A DNA stretch of 64,000 nucleotides, taken from the NCBI GenBank assembly GCA_965112155.1, contig OZ218101.1, one strand, 5' to 3'. The notes beneath the pieces were generated by a model. That model saw only the letters and a list, made by a program, of their open reading frames with translations, had not been told where the DNA came from and ran no database searches. Of this stretch, positions 36,966-47,289 are shown piece by piece (position 1 is the first letter of the stretch; the number at the start of each line of letters is the position of its first letter). Source of the DNA: Podarcis liolepis. Its lineage: Eukaryota. Both the position numbers and the translations under genes were made by a program.

Positions 36966-37066
36966 CTGATCTCCAAGCTCTCCGAAGAAATGCAAAGGCA
37001 AATGAAAGGGCAGCTCTGGATCCTACCCGGGCAAGACCTTCTACACCTTTGCCTACAGGTCTCGGA
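36966..37066 (-). CDS. HERC2: HERC2 exon 6
   Basis: [33 protein letters not shown]. Confidence 0.95.
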
Positions 37067-37433
37067 CTGTAACCAACAAAAAGATGATTAGAGAATAATT
37101 TGTACCTCCTGCTTAAACTAAGCATCTATACAAATGTCCTTCAAAATGTTAAGACCCAGAAATCAATCCTGACTACCCCAAAATATCCAAACAGTGCACT
37201 AACATCTTTGGTATACGGCTAGGAAACTGCCGCTCTACCACTCTGCAACCAATTTGGTTTCAACAGCTGCATAACACATTAACATTCTTGTCCATACAAA
37301 AATAAAGATTATAAGCAGCTGATATTTCCCCACACTGAGGAACCAAAACTGTAGCGATATAGTAACCAATAAGCGAAGGGGAAAAGGCAGGCAACACTAC
37401 AAGGGGAAGAGATTTCTTTGAGAAAGACACTAC

Positions 37434-37653
37434 CTTTTCTTGTCCACTGCAGGCAGGGGAATATTGCTGCTCTTCCACTTAACCTTGACATTCTCCTGAA
37501 GAACAGTCCTATTTAATGCAATAAAATAGCGCTCTAAGATAGCAAGCCTCTGTTTCAGCTTCAGAGCAGAGAGTGTGGTGGTCGCTGTTTTCTTGGCTAG
37601 AGCTTGCTGTTCCTTCACAAGTACATAAAGGCACTCTTTCAGCTCATTCGCAT
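37434..37653 (-). CDS. HERC2: HERC2 exon 5
   Basis: ANELKECLYVLVKEQQALA...KWKSSNIPLPAVDKK; AG/GT flanks. Confidence 0.95.
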
Positions 37654-38443
37654 CTAGAAGAATCAGAAGAACTATATTACTCATCTGAAACATTCGGCAC
37701 GATGCATACAAGTGTTTGATGGCAAGGGAAAGAAATAATACATCCTCCATTTTAGGAACAGCAATTTTTCACATTTGATGTACAATGCAGTACAATATAC
37801 AGCCAAGATTCTGAAAGGGCACATACTTCATTGTTTTCATTTATATCCTACATTTCTTCCAGCAAGGTATAGGACAGGAAGTTATGGGACATTTTTCATT
37901 CAGGCACTGGTCAGATGCAAACCTGCTTAGCTTCCGCATCTGCCTTCATTAAATAGTAACATGCCTGAAATACTACTCACTCCTTATAAAAAAGGATTAC
38001 ACACATCTCAAGAGAAAGTTTCAATAGGACTCCATGAATATTCGGAAATATGTGAGTAGATGTTGCATGACTTACTTGACATGCACTCCCCAATTAATCT
38101 TAATCGTAGGTATTGAACACCTGGATGATTCAGGTATAGTAATAACTGCCTTTCATATTAGCTAATTTTTTCCCATCTAGACAAATTAAGAAGTGTATTT
38201 TAATAGCTCCTATGGACACCAAACACACTAGAGGTCTGCTCCCCATTAGTGACAAGCAACCCACTCAAGATATAAGGCTATCTGGCAGGCTCAAAGTACC
38301 AGAAAAACCACTACACAAGAACAAAAGCAAATTGTTTTGTTTATCATTTTTATGCTTTCCCCAATCTATTACGGCTTGTTGATCTGCAGCGTTCAGGTAC
38401 TTCAAACCCAGTAAAGGTGGTTTGCGAAACACGTGCCATAGCG

Positions 38444-39870
38444 CAGTGTTTCCCAACCTTTTTTGGGCAAAGGCACACTTGTTTCATGAAAAAAATCTCG
38501 AGGCACACCACCATTACAGCCCCGTGACGTCAGCGCGCAGCGTCACGCCGGGAGGGACATGAATTGCTAGCAAATTACATAATCACCTCCTTGAGGGCTG
38601 GCTCATCTTCTCCGAAGGCAGAACCCCATTAATTAACAGCACAGACTCACACCATAGCCAAGACGAGGGGGGAAAACCTCAGTCATGCACAGTCATGCAC
38701 ATGTGGGGGCTAAATGAGGACGAAGACCGGGCAGAGAGCAGGGTTCAAATCACCCCACCTGGCCAGGACAATCCCTGGGTGCTCCCTTGGGCCACTCGCC
38801 TGACCCACCTCGCAGGGCTGTTGTTGCGAGGATAACACGGGGAGAACCACGCGCACCCCCGGGAGCTCCTTGGAGGAGAAAGCGGGCGATGAATGCAATG
38901 CACGAAATATATGAGAGGCGACCAGGTTTTGCAGGTGAGGGGCCCCCGCCAGCCTCCGCTTCCAACACCCGGCGCAACGACACCGAAGTTTCCCCCCGGG
39001 CTCGGCTCGGGGAGCAGCGCTGCTCCCCCCCCGGCTCCCCTTCGCCCTCCCGGCTCTCTCTGCCGCCCACTGGGGACCCCCCTCACCTGCCAAGTCCGGA
39101 GCGCCGGTGGAAGTTGCATGCATGCATGCAGGGCGTCGCGTTGCCATTGCATTGCACTGCACTCCATGCAACGCCTGCACGCAAGCATTGCCTTGCACGC
39201 CCGCCAAGGGGTCTCCCCGCGGTCCGATGCGTCCCCTCCGGCGCGGATGCAGCATTGCAAAAATTAAAAAACCCCGACGCAGCCCTACCTGGGGGGCAGC
39301 CTCCGCCGCTCCGCCTCCGCGGGGATCCCCGGGCTCCATCCTGCCGCCCGATCTCCGCGGGGGCGCAGGCAGGCTGCGCGGGGTCTGCGCGGAAGAGCCC
39401 CTGCCCGCCCGGCCGCCGCCGCTGCGCTCATTCCATGGCCGGGAGAAGAGCGCTTCAAACAAAACGCCCGGCCCGCCAGGCCACGCTGGGAAACGTAGTT
39501 CGCGCACCGCGCGCGGAACCCAAGGGCGAGGGGACTACGGATCCCGGCAGCCCCCGCGCCGGGGACGGAGGGGGAGAGGCCGGGTGCAGGGATGGAGGGA
39601 CGGGTGGGCGAGCGAGTGAGTGAGTGGCAGCCGCCAAGCCTTGGCCGAGAGCCAGGAAGGGCCTCCCCGGAGGAGGAGGAGGAGGAGGAGGGGGGAGGCG
39701 CAGAGCGGGAGGGAGGGAGGGAACCCCAGGGGTCATCTAGTGACGGCGCCCCAATCGAAAATTTGACTTTAAAAAAAAAATCTTTCAAATTTTTTAATTT
39801 TTCCCGCGGCACACCAGGCAACATCTCGCGGCACACTAGTGTGCCACGGAACAGTGGTTGGGAAACACTG
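38444..39870. mobile_element. Non-autonomous hAT DNA transposon (1,427 bp) with GC/CpG-rich cargo
   Basis: Perfect 15-bp TIRs CAGTGTTTCCCAACC / GGTTGGGAAACACTG; perfect 8-bp TSD CCATAGCG (38436-38443, 39871-39878); subterminal GGCACAC repeats; no transposase ORF. Confidence 0.93.
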
Positions 39871-42800
39871 CCATAGCGGTTCTTACTGATTTAACTAGAA
39901 CATTAATCATTTTAGCAAGGCAAGGAATGAGACTGGGCCACTTACAAGCAAGCTGCAGTACATATGTGCCCCCTCTCCCACCTCAGAGTAATTGAGCCAA
40001 ACATCACTGGCTGGGTAGGCAGAAATATGGGCCTGATTCCCTGCCACAGCCAGCAAGGACTTGCCATCTGCTCTCGAGGTGTCCCATAAGCATCTACTTG
40101 CTTTGTATCTTGCAGCACCCATGCTGCGACTTGGCCACCTGTGAGAAAATTTGCTAGTTCTTTTAAAGGGGTTGCTAAAGGACAGCTGTTCACAACTTCC
40201 AAGAAGTTGTTTAGTGTGTTCACATTTATATTTTCTCTGCCCTGAATGGGATATATGAGCTACTCTTCGAGAACGAGGGACAAGAGGGCATACAGCCGGC
40301 CAGGACGCCAACACATGATGAGTGAGTGCAATTTTACCATCAAGGCTGCTGCCATTTCAAATCTTTGCACTATAGCAAGCTGTAACAGCAAAGTTGGCCC
40401 TACTTCAAGTGGTATAATTCGAAACAAAAATAGGTCCAAATGGCATTTATATCAATTCCCAGGTGCTCTTCAACGTAGATACTGAATGACTGATCAATTT
40501 CAATTCAGCAATGACACACACAGTAAATCCTTAAGACTAGACCTTTCTCATTTCACTTATGATTTCTGTTTGTGACCATCTCCTCCAGCATTCAAGCACT
40601 CTAAAAAAAAACCACACAGAAGGTTTTTTTTATCACCGGCAGACACTAAAAGACACTGCTAAGAGGCCTGCGTATGTGGGGACAATAAGCATTACTTGCA
40701 TTTTATAAGCTGATGTTAATTATCTTAAGTTCTCTGTTACTTAAAAGGCAACTCTAAAAAGCTGCAGAACAGAGCCCAAGATTGTAGACTACACAAACAT
40801 ATTCATAATTTAAGTTTAAACCTGAAGACGTTACGGAAAAGAAACCAGAGGGGACTCGTCATTTATATAGGAAGGCCAGCTCTCCCACCACCACCCCGGT
40901 TCTTAAGAAATAAATTAAAGAGAGACAGGAGCTTCTGTTTCATTTAGTTTGACCCCAGAAGCACTTGCTATCGGGAAAACATTAAGCATCATTTTAGTTA
41001 ATCCTGACCAACTGATCCATATTTTGGAAAAACTCCACACCTCAAAATATTAGTCTAGAACAGTTACATGATTCATCTGAAGCTAAAAATGGCTCATCGA
41101 ACAATTAAAACTGCTTCTCTTGTAACTTTAAATATAGATCTTCAGATTACACAAATTATGTTTCCAGGGGGAATTTCCAGTCATGCTGATTGAGTTCTCT
41201 ACCCAAATTTGTCAAGTGACTAAAGGATTTTTATCTCATTGTTCAACACCCAAGACTTACGAAATGCTGCTCATATTTCCTATCTTGTGAAATGAAGCAA
41301 ATTATTCAATGTCAATTTATGAAAGGAACCCCTTGCAACAGGATTTTTCTGCTCAAGTCACTTTCAATTTGTCCTTTCCACTGCTGTGTTTAGGTATAGG
41401 CTGTCTTTTTAGAACCGTGGCCCCAAAAACGAAACCAGAATTGTATACTCAGAATTATTAGCAGTCATACTGACTGCAATGTGCTGTAAACCAGATTCCT
41501 GGATTCCAAGACACATGACTGAGCCTAATGGAAAGTACAAGATAAGGTGTGAGGCATCCACACTGAAACCAGATCAGGAAGAACATGAGATTTTCCTTGA
41601 ATTTAGCATAGTGAACATTAAAACTGATGCAAGTCCTTTGTAAGGGACATTTCAAAACATCCAGTGAAATTTAACTGTATGACTGCATGAAAGAACAGAG
41701 CCAGTTTATTTGTTGCTGTAGCCATAGCATCAGCAGACTTTATTTTGTAAACAGAATCCCAAGGGAACAGAGTGCAGCACATGGCCTTCTGCATGTCAGT
41801 GTTTCGTAACAGTTGATTCCTGTCCGGTATCAGCAGCAGGCCTGGGTTGCTCCAAATCTACTGCGAGCAGCCCAGCTGTATCAGCATTGACTCGCCTTGC
41901 CCCGTCAAAACAAATTAAAAAACCTAACCATTTGCAGTATGTATTGAAAACATAGCTGCAAACGCCAGTCTCTACTCTCATGATTTTAGGAGCTATTTAC
42001 AAGAGGTTGCATCCTACTAAGTCATATTCAGAGTAGACCAATTGAAATCAATAGATTAATGAAATCCCATTCATTTCCAAAGGTCTACTCAAAGTATGAC
42101 AAATCAGGTAGACCCTACCCAAAGTATTACCACCCATTTTCCAGGTCACTAAAGACCATCAAAGAGAAGCATGTTTCTTAGCTAAAGCAGGCATATCACT
42201 CCAGCATGGAGAACTATCACTGCATTAAAACCCAGGGAAAAGTCTTAGACTTGTGTTGGTCAACCTTGGGTCCACAGAAGTTGCTCAGTTTTGCAACTCC
42301 CATCATGCCCAGCCAACTTAGACAATAGTCAGGCATGATGGGAGTTGTGATCCAACACCTGGGTACTCAAGATTGAAGAACACTGCCTAGACTATAACCT
42401 GTCTGAGAATTCAAATGCAGGTCAATTCAATGTAGCGGGCATCACCTGGCATACTATAGACACCAAGTGTTACATACTATTGTTACTCAAGAGCTCGATT
42501 CAGCTGGCACTCTGCACATGCCTTTCACTTCAGTCAACTGGGGACTCTGCAATGAGGACAGACACTTTGCAACCAAGCTAGCAACCTTTGGTTGCCCTCA
42601 CTGAAAAGAATTTACTTGGACTCATGAGATTGAAAGGTGCCTCCCCCCAAATCCCATCTGGAGGGTCGGGGCAACCTCCAGAACAGTATACAAGGGGAGT
42701 AAAGCAGAGATCACTAAAAATTGGGCATGCAGATATGCTTCCACTGACAGAACAATCTCCTTATGATGCTATGATGAATTCCATCCAATATTTTCAAAGC

Positions 42801-43367
42801 AGAGCTGCATAAACATCACAAGTGAAGCAGCCTCTACATTTGTTTTAGGAAGTGAAGAAAATGGACTGGTCCGCACCACTGCAACCTAATAATTGCCGAC
42901 TCAAAGTTCCTGTGTGGTACACGTAGGATGCCAAGCTCAAACATTTCAGCCCTTCAAAAGTGAACAGCAAAAGAAAAGCAATTCAATTTGTTTTCAGTTA
43001 GTTACAAAAAAAAAATCCAACAACCTAGCAAACAACCAAAGATGTGAGAAGAAAAATTACTAAGTATGTCATTTTTGATACGTTAGAAGAGGTTCTACAC
43101 AACCACTGGCAGAAAAGCTGATGTATAAACTGAAGCAGGTTAAGGGTCAAACCAAACTGGATAAATTTATGCCCGTCTGGTACAATTTCATCACCTATGT
43201 TAGCAAGAGACAACAACAGAGAGCCACCCACACAGTATGACTCCATCTGGAACTCTTAATTCATGCTTATGCATACAAGAGATAGACAACAACCTCCAAT
43301 TATTTGAATACTGTTTTATACTTATTTTTGTCAGGTTATTGAGATTATGTAAAAAAAAATTTTTTTT

Positions 43368-43727
43368 AAGGTAAAGGTACCCCTGACCTTTAGGTCTAGT
43401 TGTAGACGACTCTGGGGTTGCAGCGCTCATCTTGCTCTATAGGCCGAGGGAGCCGGCGTTTGTCCGCAGACAGCTTCTGGGTCATGTGGCCAACATGACG
43501 AAGCTGCTTCTGGCTAAGCAGAGCAGCACACAGAAACACCGTTTACCTTCCCACTGGAGCGATACCTATTTATCTACTTGCACTTTGACGTGCTTTCGAA
43601 CTGCTAGGTGGGCAGGAGCTGGGACCGAGCAACGGGAGCTCACCCCATCGCGGGGATTCAAACCACCAACCTTCCAATCGGCAAGCCTTAGGCTCTGTGG
43701 TTTAGACCACAGCACCACCCATGTCCC
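43368..43727 (-). mobile_element. Sauria SINE
   Basis: Reverse-complement homolog of 1411-1760 with AAGGTAAAGGT tail. Confidence 0.85.
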
Positions 43728-45231
43728 AGATTTGTTCTTAGTGACCATGTATTTATATATAAGCTGTTTTTAACTGGGATCCCAATTCTAAAAACATTTA
43801 CTTGACCCCACTGGTTGTAGCAGAAATTGTAGCCCCAATCTATTGAACACAGGCTACAACCTAGGGACCTTCCAGAAAAATTGCTTCAAGGTAGCCTTAA
43901 AATATTTCAATTACAGCTGGTATGCTAATTGCTTACATTGCCTTCATAGGACTACTTCGTCAAAATGGGGCACTTACAGTGATTTCCTGACACTATTTGT
44001 TTTGTTTAGCAACAGGAAGACACCAAAATACTATGTAGCCAAAAGAAAGCCCACTTCTATCCTGTCAAATCGAAGACTTCATGAGCTGCTGTGTTGCAAC
44101 ACTAGCAACAAAACCTGCATTTTTTTAATTAACAAAACCAATTCTGACTATGTAGCCATGTACTGAGAATTTTATCTCCACTGTACTGTCCATTAAATCC
44201 TGCAGAGAAGTAAAACACTGAGCCCAAACCCATTTTTGTCATTTCACCAGGTAGCAAGGGCTTTTCCCAAAACTGTCATTGTTCAACTACTATTAAGGGC
44301 TACTTGGAGACCACAAAACTGAGCATGAAATAATATCTGCTGCTAGTACTACTCCTTCAAAGTCAATGATCACCTTTCCTTGCTAACTTGTACACGAAGC
44401 CGTTTTACAGGAAGTATGTTATCAAGCAGTCTCTTTCATAAAAGATGTACATGAAGTTGATGTCCTTAGGAATCAGTAAAACCAAAGTGCTTTTTAACAG
44501 AGAAGTAAACTAGTTTAACATGTAGCAAAATAAATAATTTAGGAACAGGGTCTTCATAGGTAGTCTAGGGTGGTAGTTTTAAGCATGACTGGAGACTTTG
44601 CAGTTGCAATAGGTCTTGGTTCAGGCCATATCTCAAGAGTTCAAGATGATGCTCACATCAGGGTCTTAAGGCATACCAGCTCCTTGATTACCTGTTCACC
44701 CATCAGACAGAATCCTAAAACATCTCACCCTGGCAACAAGACCACATACTTCAATGCTTCCAGAAATCTCGGCCAAGTCATAACTGACACACCCCAGAGC
44801 AGAGCAACCAAATTTCTGTCTACTTAAATAAAGAAGAAGCTTTAATTTTATTCAAACAACTGTCAGGGCCAAGGACTGTCTGTATCCCTTCTGCTACCTC
44901 TTATCACTCCAGACTGCCATCATCAATTGGCAGGCAGTTGTCAATTTTCTGTTTTGTATTGATTTATTAATCTCTTTGCACAACACCAACAGTATTAGCT
45001 GCCTTCTGCATATTAATTGAAAGGAAACAAATTGCTACACAAGCATTTAAATGAAGATGTATAGACGTTTGTAAATTAAAGGATTTTTTTTAATGGTCCA
45101 GTAAAAACTTATCAGCAAAATCCGAAGACTTTATTAAGAAACAATATATTTGTGAAATATATATTGGGCACCATTTCACACAGTAATACAACAGTAAATG
45201 CCATGTTGAAAGAAAACCAGAAAGACCTTAC

Positions 45232-45369
45232 CTGGCTGCTTGCCCCAAACCCAACTTTCAACAATTGATTTGGCTCTATATGAAGGTAATGGTGCATCTT
45301 CTTCGTCTTTCCTCTCTTTGTCATTCTGATCTTCTTTCTTTGATCCAGTCTGACCTTCAATGCTTTCAT
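45232..45369 (-). CDS. HERC2: HERC2 exon 4
   Basis: DESIEGQTGSKKEDQNDKERKDEEDAPLPSYRAKSIVESWVWGKQP; AG/GT flanks. Confidence 0.95.
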
Positions 45370-45767
45370 CTATAGAACAAAAAAAAAAGAACATAAATGC
45401 AACTGAGTAAATCATTTTTGTAAAGCCATTCCTTTTGCATCAGAATTCTGAGCCCCAGTATTGAAAAAGGTCATCTTATGCTCTCAGATTCACTCTAATA
45501 TTATAGTTATATGAAGAAGAAAGGAAAACACTGCCACAGATGTTATAGCTCTTGTTTTACTGGGTCACATTGTGATCTCTTCTACATAGAAACCAGAGGC
45601 TTCATTGGCCTAGTTTGCACGTCACACTAAACCATAGTTTAAAACAAACTATGGTTTAATGAGAAAGACTTGTTTCTCTCCTGTTCTTGCTGCTACCATG
45701 TCACAAACCATGTTGCTCCAACCCAGACTCATGGTTAGCGGCACCAAAAAAACTGCAATTAATTAAT

Positions 45768-45809
<42 letters not shown>
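45768..45809. repeat. (TTG)n microsatellite at the tail of an L2-like 3' end
   Basis: Visible tandem trinucleotide followed by TATTTATACCCCAACCATCTGGCT. Confidence 0.9.
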
Positions 45810-45810
<1 letters not shown>

Positions 45811-46907
45811 ATTTATACCCCAACCATCTGGCTAGATTTCCACGGCCACTCTGGGCAGCTTACAGCATATATATAAAAAATTATAGCTCATCAGACATTA
45901 AAAATTTCCTGATACAGTAAGCAAAGAACAAACCTTGGTTACTGATTGTGGGTTTTTGGGGATAAGAAACCACAAAACCCAGTTGGTTTTGAAACCGAGG
46001 GTGCCATCAAAAGTAGTTTGCAATATGGCATTGGGGGGGGGAGGATCTGCTCCTTCACCCACACACAAAGGCAGAAGATTACACTGGACTACTTGCAAAT
46101 CATTTTGATCTTGAGTAATATAAATAACTGCAGATAGGCATAAAATCAGAATGCAACGAGAATGACATTACCATATCGTGTATGGCTGCAAACATCTATG
46201 ACACTAGGAAAGAAAATTCTTTTACTTCAGTTCCCAGAAAAAAATTACCACAATCAGAAATACTGAAGATGTTTGTAGGAATTATAATGTTTAGAAATGA
46301 TAAACCAAGATAATAAGTAGGAATGCACTTCTTACTGGCAAAGGAGGTGTTTTTTAATTTAACCTCTACCTAAAGGGCAAAATAGCAGTTCTACTCTATT
46401 GCCAAAATGTTAATAGCATCATTCCCAGAAAGGATTTATTTCTGATCAAAAACTTGGTATGCCCCCTCCCCACATGAGTTAATATGCTCATAAATCAGTT
46501 ATACCATTTGTCATTAGAGTCACAATAGTGCAAGCATTTAAGGGATTAGTAACTGAAGGACAAGTCTTCAGGACATACAACTTAGCCTGCCAAGTTCAGA
46601 TTCTGAAAAATTCAGTAGGCTTGCTTGCCAATGATGTTGGTATGGATCTGAGAAATGAAGCAGTACTGTGGGCATGCTTCAGTAAAGTTTCTCTCACACA
46701 AGTCTAACTTAAATGAGCATACTTTCTATTTTATGCAGCAGCATCTTACCCACTAGCTGATAAAGCTCTGACACCGACTGTGTAACTTGATGCAAGTTTA
46801 CTCATTTATTTCAGTGGGGCTTAATCCCACATAAGTGAGCACAGGATTGCAGTCTTAATCTTATACTGTTGTCAGAAAGGGGATTTCAAGTCTTTCTCAG
46901 CACCCAA

Positions 46908-46949
46908 TAGATAGATAGATAGATAGATAGATAGATGATAGGTAGATGA
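46908..46949. repeat. (AGAT)n microsatellite
   Basis: Visible. Confidence 0.9.
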
Positions 46950-47174
46950 TTGACACTGTTGTCATTTGTTATAAATGTCAAGATCTTCAAACTAAAAAGT
47001 TATGGTTGGCATGCATACCAAAAGTAAGAGACAGATTACAAAGCCACCATACAAAGAGTGCAACATAGGAAGCAGGAAGGCATAGCCCCCAAACCCTTTG
47101 AATTTATTACAAATAAACCCTCAATAAAAATTTAGGCACATTTGTCTTTACTGAACTATACAGATGAAACTCAC

Positions 47175-47289
47175 CTTTCCGTGGAGAAGCTTCACCATTT
47201 TGGGAGGGTTCTGTTCCAGTGTATACGATTTCCCCATCTTTGACCATTTCATTCCAAAGGCCACAGAGTCCATCTCGGGTGAAAGCAAG
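47175..47289 (-). CDS. HERC2: HERC2 exon 3
   Basis: LAFTRDGLCGLWNEMVKDGEIVYTGTEPSQNGEASPRK; AG/GT flanks. Confidence 0.95.

Noticed and set aside
38710-39836. Long overlapping ORFs (265, 278, 183, 171 and 170 aa) in the GC-rich intron 4 block as a nested gene or transposase
   Set aside because: Open on both strands and in several frames because stop codons are scarce in very GC-rich DNA; low-complexity Arg/Gly/Pro/Ala sequence with no BED finger, DDE or hAT dimerisation motifs. Only the short ATG-to-donor exon is kept as a hypothesis.
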